A stretch of DNA of 64,000 nucleotides from positions 47,988,001 through 48,052,000 of the forward strand of contig OX597832.1 in the NCBI GenBank assembly GCA_951406725.2. Direction: 5' to 3'. Source of the DNA: Octopus vulgaris (lineage: Eukaryota). Both the position numbers and the translations under genes were made by a program. Position 1 is the stretch's first letter; every line of letters starts with the position of its first letter. The notes under the pieces are model-generated. The model made no database searches and was not told the DNA's origin. It saw nothing but the letters and a program-made list of their open reading frames with translations. Below are positions 23,994-38,490 of this stretch, in pieces.

Positions 23994-25291
23994 GCAGCGC
24001 ACATCTGTCTGGAATCGAGAATCACACGTTCTCCCCAACTTCGTCAAAGACCAAAAGCTTTGTTAGTATGTGCCAACGAGGCTCTTTTCAAATCCCATTC
24101 TGTCAACCTTTTACTGCCACATGGATTCGGTTGGGTAATGTTAATTATCTTTATTGGGTTATGCTAGTGACACGATATGAAACACATAAGAGTATATTTT
24201 GACCAGTTAAACTGAATTTGAGAAACTGCAGAGACTCGCATTTTCATTAGACCGTTGGGTAAAATCTTTGCTGTAATCCTTCTTGCGTTTTGAGTTCAAA
24301 TCCCGCCTAGTTCTACTTTTTCTTTTGGAAGTTGATAAATAAAATGCCCAGAACAGGGATCGATTTTTAGGAACTACTTAAATAGAGTGGAGGCACATGG
24401 CCTAATGGTTAGAGCAGCGGACTCGCGGGTTCGAATCTCAGATCGGGCGATGTGTGCGTTTATGAACGAAACACCTAAGCTCCACGCGGCTCCGGCAGAA
24501 GATAATGGCGAAACTTCTGCTGACTCTTTCGCCACTACTTTCTCTCACTCTTTCCTCCTGCATCTTGCAGCTCACCTGCGACGGACCGACGTCCCGTCTA
24601 GGTGGGGAACCTATACGCCAAAGAAACCGGGAAACCGGCCCTTATGAGCCAGGCATGGCTCGAGAAGGAACAAACTTAAATTCAGAGGCCTCTACGCATC
24701 TACGTAACCCTTACTTTAAACCTAAAACTAACCCTAACGAGTGTGCACTGTAAACGGGACCTCTGTATTTAAGTAGTGCCGATTTTTGTTGGTCTCTCCT
24801 TCTCTCTCAAAGAAATCGGCTGTACTCAGGCTTAAGAAAGACATGGGTTCCACCAAAATGAAAATACCGAACAACGACACTCCTGTTACCCCATCGCGAG
24901 TTAAAAGGGCTCACAGACGAAATAAACTCAATAACAACATCCCTCTAATTTTACACATAAGAAATATCCTTAATTTTATAGCCTCTCGTTGTTTTTTTGT
25001 CTTCGCTACTCATCTTTCGTTGCGGAGAGGAATTATCAAGAAAAGACGTAACAGCAGCAGAAGTCGGATCTAATTCCTCTCTGTGTTTCTATGCCAACAA
25101 ACCATCTCAATTCGGAAGCAACATCGCTATGGTGAACGATCAGGTTTTACAAAAACATTTACGCATTCGGCTTCAAGTTTAAAAGTTGCTTCGAAAGCCT
25201 GTCGAAAATAATTGCTACCGATGGGACCAATAAGGTTTTATCTCTTTAATTAGTCAATGACGTTGGCGCGGGTTTGGAATTTTTCCACAAA

Positions 25292-25808
25292 TCTATATAT
25301 ATAAAACTGTAGTTGTGTGAGTGTCTGTCCCCTTCGATTTAGATTCCTAACTCCTCCCACATTTTGCGGTGCAGTTTAACCAAATTCGGGTATCTTATAG
25401 TCGTGATTCATATCGAGCCCGTCTGAGTATTAGCACGCGTCTACGATGAGTCTACGATTTTAAAAATAATTTAACATCATTTTTTATTCCATTTTAATGC
25501 ATAATTTTTCGTGTGTCGATGACGGTGGAGTTGGCGTCCACGCTCAAACACCTGCACCTGTGTTTGCTTCTCCTCCTTCTTCCCTCCCTCGTGAAGCTGT
25601 GGGGAAGGGAGTGTAAGGAAATCAACGTCGTAAAGCGTTGTCAAGGAGACCAGCGTTCTTTTAGAACAACGACTTCATGGCTTGAAGACACCAAAACAGA
25701 AATGGCTAAGAAAGCCCGAATTGGCATCTATAAGGGAAGTAACTCTCTAAAACTGCTTATATAGTTATTTCCCTTACAAACCCGAGCAACACCGGGCGAT
25801 ACTGCTAG
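25292..25808 (+). mobile_element. Non-autonomous Helitron-like element
   Basis: A|TCTATATATATAAAACTG ... cccgagcaacaccgggcgatactgCTAG|T. Confidence 0.75.
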
Positions 25809-25984
25809 TATCTAAATAAAGATGGTCCGTAGGTGTTGCTTTGGTAAGCTGGTCTTGCCCTTGAATGTCGCCTTACCTTGTAAATTTCTATTGTATCTAA
25901 AAGAACAAATTGACGCTGAGAAGAGAGTTGGCGATCGGGATTTTGACTCTACATAACTCCTCAATAGGAATCACACACGCTCTA

Positions 25985-26520
25985 AATCTATCTATCTACC
26001 TCTCAATATATCTCTTTCTTTCTCTGTCTATCTAACTCTCAATATATCTGATTGTTTATCTATCTCTTTCTTTCTCTGTCTATCTATCTATCTCAATATA
26101 TCTTTCTTTCTCTAGCTCTGATTGTCTGTCTATCTATCTATCTATCTATCTATCTATCCATCTTTATATTTATATATCTCTCTCAATATATCTTTCTTTC
26201 TCTGTCTGTCTATCTATCTATCAATATATCTCTTTCTTTCTCTGTCTATCTATACCTCAATATATATCTTTCTTTCTCTATCTATCTATCTATCTATCAA
26301 TATATCTCTTTCTTTCTCTGTCTATCTATACCTCAATATATATCTTTCTTTCTCTGTCTATCTATCTATCTCAATATATCTTTCTTTCTCTATCTCTGAT
26401 TGTCTGTCTATCTATCTATCTGTCTATCTATATGTCTATCTATTTATCTGTCTATCTACCTATCTCTCTCTCAATATATATTTCTTTCTCTGTCTGTCTA
26501 CCTACCTACCCCTCCTTCTC
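25985..26520. repeat. (TCTA/TCTT)n-based degenerate tandem repeat
   Basis: Recurring tcaatatatctttctttctctgtctatctat unit. Confidence 0.9.
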
Positions 26521-26984
26521 CCTCACCCTCTCGATGGTTTTATTTATGGTGTAACGGTAGAGAACTTCAGATAACTTGAAAACATATTATATTACTTGCT
26601 CTATTAATGTTTATAAATAAATAACTATGCAACAGAGATAAATGAAATACTTACGTATGACAATCTCGAGGCCTTCGTCGTCATTTCTATGCGTCGTTTT
26701 CCTTTTTTTTCCTTCTATTTTTGTAATGTGATAAGATTTACTTACAATATAGTCGCATCACCAAAAACCAGGTTCTGAGTATTTTTCGTGTAAATGTTTT
26801 GAGCAATAAACAAACCGTTTTAATTTTATTCCTTTAGTCTGTCCTTGTAAATTGTAAGGATAGACGACGAAGATCCTCAGAGTTGTCAACATGCCAAAAT
26901 ATGTAATAGAGTATGTAATTATGTTGTTTACTGTAATAAAAATGTAGTGGTGCATATAATGGTGTTTAGAGTATAGTGTGTTAC

Positions 26985-27142
26985 GAACTACGTGGTTCTA
27001 GGTTCAGTCCCACTCCGTGGCGCACCTTGGGCATGTGTCTTCTACCATAGCCTCGTGCCAACCAAAGCCTTATGAGTGGATTTGGTAGACGGAAACTGAA
27101 AGAAGCCCGTCGTATGTATGTGTGTGTGTATACATACATACA

Positions 27143-27233
<91 letters not shown>

Positions 27234-27582
27234 ATATATATATGTATGTATATATATATATGTAAGTCCTGGGGTCGATTTGATCGACTTAAGGCGATGC
27301 TCCAGCATGGCCACAGTCAATTGACTGAAACAAGTAAAAGAGAGTATATGTATATATATATGTGTGCGTGTATATGTTTGTCTCTGTGTTTGTCCCTCTC
27401 AACATAGCTTGACAACCGATGCTGGTGTGTTTACGTCCCCGTCACTTAGCGGTTCGGCAAAAGAGACCGAAAGAATAAGTACTGGGCTTACAAAGAATAA
27501 GTCCCGGGGTCGATTTGCTCGACTAAAGGCGGTGCTCCAGCATGGCCACAGTCAAATTACTGAAACAAGTAAAAGAGTAAAA
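26985..27582 (+). mobile_element. SINE family A with a duplicated 3' tail
   Basis: Tail segment occurs at about 27264-27345 and again at about 27500-27582. Confidence 0.8.
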
Positions 27583-28673
27583 GCCTCCTAAATATACAGC
27601 GCCCTCTCCTGAGCTGCCATCAGTAAAGAAGTGCTCCTGCTGAGACTAAGAACCGTTGGACAAGCTAAATAATGATCTCTGCCGTCTTAAAAATAGTTAC
27701 ATTTGAAAACAATCCTAAATATACTGCACACAGAAAACTAAGGTGGTCACTACTGGAACATTTTAAATCATAGTCTGCACGACCAGGGCTGACCTGAGAT
27801 AGGGGTGACCCTGGCCGCTTTGAGTTTTTTCTCAGATCATTTTTGTTCAGGCGTGGCTGTGTGGTAAGGAACTTGCTTCCCAATCGCACCTTGGGCCAGT
27901 GTCTTCTACTATAGTAGCCTCGGGCTGACCAAAGACTTGAGAGGATTTGGGAGACGGAAACTGAAAGAAGCCTGTTGTATGTGTGTGTTTGTGTCTGTCC
28001 CCGATGCTGGTGCGTTTATGTCCCCGTAACTTAGCGTTTCCACAAAAAGAAACCGATAGAATAAGTACTAGGGTCGATTTGTTCGATTAAAACCCTTCCT
28101 TCAAGGCAGTGCTTTAGTGAAATGACTGATACGAATAAAATTAATTAGGCCTTAAATTTATTCTATTCTTTTTGTGTAAGTCCAAGTCATGTTGCTGACG
28201 GCCGTTAAGTTAGTAATATGTTTCCACGATTGTCCTCTTATCTCCAGACAATAAGCTTGTTCATTTATCTTAATGACAGGTCAAATTTAAAGAATTTTTG
28301 CCTAATAAATTATTATCTTCTCATATAGAGTTCATCTCACAATTTACCATTTAGTAATTGGAATATGTCCTCTAGCTCCGAGATGACTTCACTACACCAA
28401 AATTCTGTTTCATGGTATTTGATATACCACTATTTTCGTCTGCCGTTACGTTCTGAGTTTAAATTCCGCCGAGGTCGACTTTGCCTCTCATCCTTTCGGG
28501 GTCGATTAAATAAGCACCAGTTACGCACTGGGGTCGATGTAATCGACTTAATCCCTTTGTCTGCCCGCTCTGTGTTTAGCCCCTTGTGGGTAGTAAAGGT
28601 TCTTCAAATACTAACCTCTGTTCTCTGAGTTATTTTCCCAAATTCATTCTTGTTTATATATACATACACATAC

Positions 28674-28721
<48 letters not shown>

Positions 28722-31462
28722 GTTGTTTATTTTGATTATAATCACCCCATTTGATTTATATGGATAATACCATACAATAATTCTGGTGCCTTTAACTTAA
28801 GTACCATATTCATCTAAATCTAAATTTATATATATATATATAAATATATATATGACAATGTACAAGAGGACACATAGAAATCCTAAATGAATTTGAAATT
28901 TGCCTTTTAGTTGGAGAAAGAAAGTGTAAACCTTGCGGCAATTGTTAGTAATTCTGAAACAAAAGGGGAGGTAATTTGTCAACATCACGTGTATATGTGT
29001 AAATATAAAAATACACACACATAAATATATATATATTTATATGTGAGTGTTCAAGTGGGAAAGTTTTTTTTTTAAATTACAGTTTGATGTTTCGTATTGA
29101 TAGAAAAAAACATTAAAAAACACTTCGCTATTTTTGCGAGATTCAATATAAATTTCGCTTTGCTTTCTGCTTCAATATAACGTCACGTGACGCTAGCTTT
29201 AGAATGTCTAGAAACGACTTAAGTTTGCATTCTCCTTCTTATGTTAGTTAATAATAAGTATTAATCTAACGTTATATTTATACTCCCTGCATAATTAGTT
29301 CGTGTCTAGAGAGTATTCAAAAGTAACAAGTTCAGTACCCATTATGCTATATTAGTGGCAAATAAATTAATTTCTAAGTTTTCCTGTAACTTGTAATTCT
29401 GCCACGATATGTGATATGTCCACATTTTTTTTTCTCTTCTATCTTTGCTTCGAAACGAAGATATGGCAATAAATATCAGCAGTCGTCACAAAACTAAAAT
29501 CTTATACACAGATCTTATTAACTTGGAGGGTGAAAGAAAAAAATAATAAATAAATAAATAAAAGTTTCGGAGAAGGGAGACTACTCTGCAATTATTCCAT
29601 AGCAAGTTTTTATTTTTCGAAGAAAGTTTTTTTTTTTTTTTACTCATCGTAACTTTGAACGTGTTCAAAAGAGTACGACGTTGATTAAATTGATTACGTT
29701 CTAAAATAAAGTTCTTGCTCTAACTTAGGCATACATAATCTTTATTGATTGCAGAAAATAAGTAACCAAAAACGAAAATGTTAAAGAAAACAAAAATTGA
29801 CAACTGCCGAAAAATACCGAAGATTGCCGGGAGTTAAGAAAAATATAAAATGGAGACTCGAAATAATTAAAAAGTTTTTGCCTAAATTTATTATAGTTTT
29901 CCTTTAGATTTACTGTTTAATGCAATTGGGTGTATTTGTATTTAAAAAAACAACCTTTTACATGTATCTGATATCACCTAACATAGCATAATTGCATTAA
30001 GTTTGTTTTAACTGAATTTGTTTTTATTTAAACAGTTTGAAAGTTAGCAAGGTGCTTGTTTACTCCTCTCTCTTTTCTTCCTTACTTTATCCAGCAGCAA
30101 CAAAGCTTGGTTATACTGTTGTGTAGTTATCGTGGCCTTGACAAAGTAGGAGTTTCGCCTTCAGGTGTTCGCAGAGGGTTTTTCTTGTAAAAAAAAAATA
30201 TAGGGCGGAGTTTTGGAAAAGCTATCAGTACCTCACGGGGGAAAAGGTAAAAAAAAAAACACGGCATTAGATAGGAAGGAGTGAGGGAAGAAATGCGAAG
30301 AAGGAAAAAATCGTTCTTTCAGAATCATCGTATGGAACATAGGAATACTATAAAACAAGAAAAAAAAAGCCTCCGCACCAATTAGTTCTTTCCCCATGAG
30401 GTAGTGATAACCATTCCCCAAACTCCGTCAAACGTAGCTAAAATAAGAAAATGCTTTTAGGTATAGTAGTACCTAACACTCGATTGTGTAACTATTAAGG
30501 AGATGAAATTAATACTTTCCACCTGGATACGAGCTTCTTTGGTTCTGTCTAATATGAAACTTCCCAACGCAGTAAAGTTTTTAACTGATGAATTGTTAGC
30601 TCCCAAACAAATATCAGACGAACTTAACTGTGACGAAATCATTTTCTACAAAATTCCTCCAAATATCTATTTAAAAACATTTTTAACAATATATTTTATC
30701 AGGTAATACCGTCACAAAAAGTGTTTATTTAAGAATGTCCTACACCTGAGCAACAGTAATTTGAGAGACACGGGTGGGTGGGTGATCCTCTAGTGGTCGC
30801 TGAAACGGCTAGATATAGCAGCCATATATATCTTCTTCTGTGTATTATCTTAAATAAAGTAAAATGTTGTATAGACCAGTGGTTCTCAAACTGACTAATA
30901 TCAGCTCCGAACCCAAAAAATATTAATGGGAGTCTGTTTATTAACGAGAAAACAATAATTTGTATCTATATAATTCTTCTTTCCTTGCCATAGTGGTGGA
31001 TAAAAGTTAAAATTTTTAGACCATCATAATTTTGGCAATTTCTCGGATTCCTTTTCAAATTTACAGATGTTAAAATGCTTTCTCGTGGCTTATAGCGGCG
31101 ATGAGATACAAACGTCTATCACCTTAGTCATCTACTGTCTTCCTTAAAAAAGGCTGTAAGGTGTAGCTTATAACCAATTTCATGGTTTATCGCCAACATG
31201 AGCACAAAATCCGATTCTTCTTCATAAAATCGATTTCTTGCATTTTCTGTTTCAAACAATGGTGAACACCTCCACTTCGGAAAGTAACTTCGCAATCAGT
31301 GTACAAATCTTGTTTCACTCATTCATTGGCAACTGAAATAGTTTTATCGAATGTCAACGCAGTAAAATGACAGATACATCTTCGAAGATAATAGTGTCCA
31401 TAATAAATTATCTTTATAACTTCCACCCTTTAATTTGTAAAGGTAATTTATGGACATCCTTG

Positions 31463-31845
31463 GGATCTTTTCGGTTTGAACGGCAGTTTTTTAAAATAAT
31501 TTCCACGTAACTAAACACTTTTAAACTTCGTAAAACATCTTTTTCTCTTGGCTTTATTGAGAAAATTCTATAAGTTTGTAAGATATTTGTTGTTTTTTTC
31601 TTCAATTTCAACCAATCTATGACGTCTATTGAGGTGAAAACATTCTGTGCCGTATGAATATGTCCCTCGTTTAAGAAACAGATTGGGTTTATTTACATTT
31701 CTGAAGAAAAAAGATACCCTTTCCCCTAACTAACCCTAACCCTAAAACAGATTGAAATGCAATAGATCGATACTAGGGTCATAATTATGGGTGACAATTT
31801 CATATGACACCACTAGAAAAACTACCATTCAAACCAAAAAGATCC
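31463..31845. mobile_element. MITE, copy of the 22703-23119 family
   Basis: Same TIRs and interior; no clear TSD. Confidence 0.8.
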
Positions 31846-32387
31846 AAATTCAGAGGAATTTTTGTGGATTAAAATGACTGTTAGCCATAAATCAATGATG
31901 CCATTTGGAAAGCATCAGGCACATGTAACTTAAGAGTTCTCATCTATTTTGATTACGAATAAAGCCACCCAAAGTTTTCTCTCGTAAAGGCTTCCTATAT
32001 CTTAATCTATGGGACCATCACAGTATCTCTCTTATAAACGGGAATATTAAGCTCCAGAAATTCACTAAACATTCCATCTTTAAATTGCTATAGTTGTTGT
32101 AGCATTCAAGTTCCCTAATGTCATTAACACAAGGCATGTCAAAACTTCTAATTATTAAAATCCCAGTAACTTAAGGATTTACGCCAATACCAAGGACTGT
32201 CATTATTCAAGGCGTCTTTACAAAACCTTCGGCGTTTTGGGGGTAAATTTGACAAAAGATTTATATGAAAACATCATGATATACTTGAAATACTGAAACG
32301 AAAAATAAGGCCACAAACCTGGTTAGTCTATAATTTTTCTTATACATCATTGTCATATAATTTTTGTCAATGCTTTAAAATACTAAG

Positions 32388-32864
32388 TTACCCTTTTGTT
32401 ACTGTATTTATTTTGAGATACTCTGTATTTCTTTGAATTACTTTAAATATAACAAAGAATTTAGTAAAACTAACTTAGTTATCATTCAGCTGGTGTTAGG
32501 AACATGAATTGTGACAAAGGTTTGATGGAAAATTTTAATTCAGAACTTTTGAAGACAAGACATTTGTACTAGAGCCAGAGGTGGTTTCAGCTGGGTTGGA
32601 ATCGAAAGGGTTAAGAATTGTTTCTCTATTATATATTTTAACCATTTTGTTACCATATTTCTGTTGAGATGCTCTGTATTTCTTTCAATTACTTTAAATA
32701 TAACAAAGAATTTAGTAAAATAACTTGGTTATCATTTAGCTGGTGTTAGGAACATAAATTGTGACTAAGGCTTGGTGGAAAATTTTAATTCAGAACTTTT
32801 GACAAGACATTTGTACTACAGAGCCAGAGCCGGTTTCCAACCAGGTTTGGTAACGAAGGGGTTA
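32388..32864. mobile_element. Two adjacent ~225-bp piggyBac-type MITE copies
   Basis: Direct repeats 32388-32613 and 32638-32864 with degenerate TTAA|CCC...GGG|TTAA ends. Confidence 0.65.
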
Positions 32865-33059
32865 AGTCAAGTCTATGTTGATGTTGGAACTATCTGTGAT
32901 GACAAGCAACCTGTAGCCAAGTGGAGCTGCTTGAGAGCTGAAGATACAGGTCATCAAAAGCAGGTAACAGAATGCAAACTTGCTTGCTATGTAATGGGTG
33001 GCAGGTTCCACTGTCCTCAGCCTGGAAAACTTAGCATAATGCAAATTTTATGTTTTTTA

Positions 33060-33359
33060 TTCATTTATTTGTTTCAGTCATTTGACTGTGACCATGCTGG
33101 AGCACCGTCTTTAGTCGAGGAAATCAACCCCAGGACTTATTCTATCAGTCTCTTTTGCCAAACCACTAAGTTACGGGGATATAAACACACCAACATATAT
33201 ATGACGGGCTTCTTTCAGTTTCCGTCTACCAAATCCACTCACAAGGCATTGGTCGGCCCTGGGCTATAGCATAATACACTTGCCCAAGGTGCCACGCAGT
33301 GGGACTGAACCCAGAACCATGTGGTTCGTAAGCAAGCTACTTACCACACAGCCACTCCT
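33060..33359 (-). mobile_element. SINE family A, internally deleted
   Basis: Reverse-complement head and tail. Confidence 0.8.
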
Positions 33360-34685
33360 TACAATTTTGAATAAAGTTTAATGAAGAGCTGAAGTTTAGC
33401 TGTAGAGGTTATTGAGAAGAGTGTGTATAGAAGAGCAGTTACCGTTATTTTGTCACAGGTCTGCAAGTTTTTCTGTTCTATTGGAATCAGATTCTTGTAC
33501 AGAGGCTAACTCTGTCATTGGAAAGCAACAATAATTTTCTTTTTTTTTTTAAAAACACTTGATTGATTTTTATAACTGAAATGCTCAAATACAAGATGAT
33601 GCGTGTGAGTAGCTGCCCCGCTTCTCCCAATTTTCCAGTTATTACCGTTTCCTCCATCTTGCAAATATTTGAGCCAATTTCGTCCTGCGATAATCCTTTA
33701 TCTGTTGACAGCAAATACAATGGAGATAAGCCACTTGGCAGTGGTATATTGCTGATTAAGTACCAACACGTTGTGTGATGGATTAAGCAACCTCCTGATG
33801 CAATCTGATAAATGAATATAGTTGATTAAACATTTGGAATTAATTCTTAATTACACCGCAAGCAAATTATCTCAAAAAGGGAATGGCCCTAATATATGTG
33901 TAAATAATAATTTTTTAAATTTAAGCCGGTTCAATAGCAGAGTGGAATGATAGAGAGGAAAGGGATTGTCCTAAATTAGATGTAGCAATTATATGAAAGG
34001 TTTCTAACTTTATGTATATGTAGAGGTTTTCCATATTATATATATCTTTGAACTTGAGCCGAAACAGCTGTAAGCTAATGAAGGTGTTACATAACTTCTG
34101 TTTTCTCAATCATTATATAAGTGTGTGTGTGTGTACATATATTAGTCAAAATGGTAGCAGCATTTGAACTTCAGATTGTAACTCAATTCTTCAGCCACAC
34201 TTTAACCCTTTAGCATTCAGATTTGCTGTCAAATGTAAAGCTTGTGTATTCACACCATGTAAAATTAATCTTGCATCATTTCATGGCTTTGAGATTTCAA
34301 TGATGTGATTGTTTATTTTTAAAATGACACAATAAGGTAGCTATGAATGACCATGTATGACTAGTTTGAACATAAAATAGGGTTAAATCTGGTTTAACGA
34401 CAAATGGTTGAGTATAGAATTCAAAGTTTACTAACACACTGTCAGCAAACTACCTTATAATTTGCTGTTCTTAATTAGCAATTCCTAAAAAATATTTTAA
34501 GTTACTACAGGTGTGAATGTGAGTGTTACATGTCCGATCCTATTTGGAATCCTAAATTGTTCTGAAGAGATTATGCTCATTCAACAGTTTGGTAAAAGAT
34601 GCCTATGAAGTTGTAAGCAGACATAAGACACCTTCTTTGATCCCGTGGCACATTTAGGATGCGTGAGCTGGAGGGAGAGCGAGGA

Positions 34686-34843
34686 ATGCACCAGGATTCT
34701 GGCTGGTGCATATAAAGCTGAGTTCACTTGAGCAGTACAAAACAATAAGCTTGGCTCAAGTATACAATGTGCTGTTCAATCCGGTAATCAAACCCCTGAT
34801 CTTTTGATCAAGGATCAAGCACTCCTGACCATGGTGCTGTCAG

Positions 34844-34874
<31 letters not shown>

Positions 34875-35200
34875 TGAGGGATGCACCAGGATTCTGGCTG
34901 GTGCATATATAGCGGAGTTCACTTGAGCAGTACGAAATAAGCTTGGCTCAAGGAGAATTGTTCAATGCGGTAATAAAATCCCTGATCTTGGACCAAGCAC
35001 TCCTGACCATGGTGCTGCCAGGAAAGAGAGAGAGAGAGGGTTTCACCAGGATTCTGGCTGGTTCATATATAGCCAAGTTCACTTGAGCAGTAAGAAACGA
35101 TAAACTTGGCTCAAGGATACAATGTACTGTTCAATCCGGCAATCAAACCCCTGATCTTTTGATCATGGACCAAGCACTACTGACCATGGTGCTGTCAATG
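34686..35200 (-). repeat. Three tandem 160-190-bp degenerate SINE-head units separated by (GA)n
   Basis: caccaggattctggctgg...ttcacttgagcagta...cctgaccatggtgctg recurs at about 34689, 34884 and 35044. Confidence 0.85.
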
Positions 35201-35612
35201 ACCAAACCCCTGATCTTTCGATCATGGACCAAGCACTGCAGACCATGGTGCTGTCAATGACCAAACCCCTGATCTTTCGATCATGAACCAAGCACTCCTG
35301 ACCATGGTGCTGTCAATGACCAAACCCCTGATCTTTCGATCATGGACCAAGCACTCCTGACCATGGTGCTGTCAATGACCAAACCCCTCTTTCGATCATG
35401 GACCAAGCACTCCTGACCATGGTGCTGTCAATGACCAAACCCCTGATCTTTCGATCATGGACCAAGCACTCCTGACCATGGTGCTGTCAATGACCAAACC
35501 CCTGATCTTTCGATCATGGACCAAGCACTCCTGACCATGGTGCTGTCAATGACCAAACCCCTGATCTTTCGATCATGGACCAAGCACTCCTGACCATGGT
35601 GCTGTCAATGAC
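35144..35612. repeat. Minisatellite, 8 copies of a 59-bp unit
   Basis: caaacccctgatctttcgatcatggaccaagcactcctgaccatggtgctgtcaatgac repeated in tandem; one copy has a 3-bp deletion. Confidence 0.95.
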
Positions 35613-38250
35613 AAAAATGGACATCTTTAGTTCAGAAAAGAAGAGATGAGTGGATATGAGCATCCTCAGCTTTCAAGTTTGAGTGACGTGAAGGAAATTA
35701 AGAAAAAAAAAAATATATATATATAACAATAACATATTACAATAAATAAAGAAAAACACAAACCAAGAGGATAAAACACGGCTTTAGTTAGATTGAAGTC
35801 AGTAAATGCTAATCAGACAAATCAGATCATGATTTGACACACTCAAACACATTCACATATACACTCGCTCATTCACACTCAATGTTTTTCAAGTTGAGCT
35901 TTTTTTTCCCCCCCCGCCCCCTTTTATGTTTATTAATGAATTTTTTTTTATTTAATTTTCTTTTACTTTCTCAAGAAGAAACAAAACAAACAAAAAAAAA
36001 AGCTCCAACTCAAAAATAGACGAAAAGGCAGTGTCATTTGGGTGTTAGAAGTGATCGATGTGGTAAGGGATGAGAAATATTTGCACAAAAACATTCCTTT
36101 GAAATGCTGATGAAAATTCTTCGAGAACCATGTGGTAAGTATGGTGCGAGAAAACTGTGGATGTGAAAGGTTGAGGAAGGTGGGAGATGTAGGTGTGTTG
36201 TGTGTGTATATGAGTCGAGTTGAGTGTGTGTGTGAAGAGAAAGGTTATATGAAAAAATTTTTTATCTTCATTTAGTTCAAAGTGATATGACGCTTGATGA
36301 GAGGGGGAAATAAGAGATCACATGACACTTGCTATGCTTACACAGGGCTTTCTGCCAATTAATATATATATATATTTTTTTTTCCGTATACAAAGTTGGC
36401 ACAATTAAGTTGTAAAATACTGATTGATATTTTGCCGTTATATTTTTTCTTCAAAAAAAAAAAAATGATTTTTTTTTATTAAAAAAAAAACAACAAAAAT
36501 CAACAAAAAACAGCATAACTTTCTCTTCCCAATTTTTTTTTTTTTTTATGTATTTTAAAAGGAAGTCTTTTTTTTTTTCTTTCCTGAAGAAATTTTAGAG
36601 ATTTAAAAATAAAGTTACGATTTAGATTTTTTCAATTTGTTCATCTGAGTACAATGATTTTACGTCGGTACAATGCCTCAAAATTTGTATGGGAAGGAAG
36701 GAGAGAGAGAGAGAGAGAGGAAGAAAGAGGGGGATATTGAATCAACCCTCTGCCTTCAGTACTTGGCTGGTTCTTCTTTAACAACTCTAGAAGGGTGGAT
36801 GAAAGGCAAAGTTAAACTTCATGAGATGATTTAAACTCACAAAGAGATGTAATTAGTTAACATAAATTACATGATACGCCATGGTGCTTCAGTTGAGCAA
36901 AGGATTTTTAATTGGCACATGATTTAAATTTTTGAGAGAGTGGAGAATAAGTATAGTAATGATTTGCATGGATTGACCTCCCCCAGTATGTTAGTGGCAC
37001 AAGACAGGGGGGGAAAAGGGAGCTGAACTTTTGAAATTTGGACTCTGAATAGCAGACAGGTGGAGGTGGGGGGGAAATAAGGGTAGGGTAGATGCATATT
37101 TGAGCAAATAATAAAGAATTGAGCAATCGTTTAGTAATGTGTCTGTAAGTCACCTGCTTTGGAAAAAATACATCACAAGAGTCATTGGCAAGAGACATGT
37201 CTTGGAAATGGAGGCAGCTACAGGATAATCCTGTCAAGGTAGTATGTGAGTGAGACTTGAGGATTAAATGGCAAAAGGATTAGGAAAGAGAAAACAAAAA
37301 AATAAAGGGGTGTTTGGAGTTGGTTTGTTAGGTTTAAATTAATAAAACAAATTAAGTTTCAGATCCTTCATTCCAATTTTTTTTTTTTTGCCGTTTTTCG
37401 TAAGTAAGCTCTTAGAGAAGAAGAAAAAAAATTTACGACACGATTCACAGATCAGTAAGTTCTGAGAGTATGTGTGTGTGTGTGGTGTAATGGGTTGGGC
37501 AGAGGGCAGGAGATTCCGTGTCCTAGTCCACCAGTTAACTGCAAAGGAATTAAATGGGGGGGGGGGGAAAGAAGCAGCAGCAGTAGTAGTAGTAGTAGTT
37601 ATAGGAATAGGATTTCCAGACATTGTCGCTTGCAGGAGAGCAGGGATACAAGGAATTTGGTTTGCAGCAATCATCTTCAAAGATATTTTCAGGCAGTGGT
37701 AGTAGTAGTAATAATAAAAAAATAACAGCAGTAGTAGTAATAGTAGTAATAATACGAAGGTGCGTTAATAGAAACTAAAAGTAGAAATAATAAAAGAAAA
37801 TATATATATATATATATATATATAAGTAACAGACTGCTAATATTACTAATAGTACTAGAATCTATACATGCTGTTTTTGTGTGCCAAACTGTCGGCTGAT
37901 GTTTTGTACAAACTTCAGTCAACAGTTAACAGTTATTAATCTATAGGATTTCTGTTTTCCTGAAGTTGTATCTCAGAAATATTTTGCAAGTTACTTTTTC
38001 ATTTTTTTTTTGTGTATGCAAAGTAATTAGAGAGAAGATTCAAATTATAACGAACCAGATTATCCTTTAAGGCCCTCATGCTTCCCGAAATCCGTCGAAA
38101 CTACACCTGATTATATATACACTTTAGATGAGTTGTAGTGCACCTGAGCACTGTACACAATTATTATTATTATATATACTAATATAGCTAATACAAAGAA
38201 ACACTTAAAAATAAAACCAAAGCCACAAATCAGAATTTATATAATATATG

Positions 38251-38281
<31 letters not shown>

Positions 38282-38449
38282 ATAGTACAAAGTAAGATAG
38301 GGGTTATGAATGTAACACACTATGGGATGTCAGTTATCCAATATACTGTTGGTAAAGTACCCAAATTCTTAATACATAAATGCTTTTAATTGCAATGCAA
38401 TTAATTAATTTATTGTATTAAATGGGTGAAGGTAAAAAATATTTTTACC

Positions 38450-38490
<41 letters not shown>

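Noticed and set aside
33487-33805. Open frames on both strands in unique sequence
   Set aside because: No recognisable domain and no convincing donor; cannot be supported as an exon.
35144-35612. CRISPR-like regular array
   Set aside because: Units are head-to-tail with no unique spacers, in a eukaryotic context with no cas genes.
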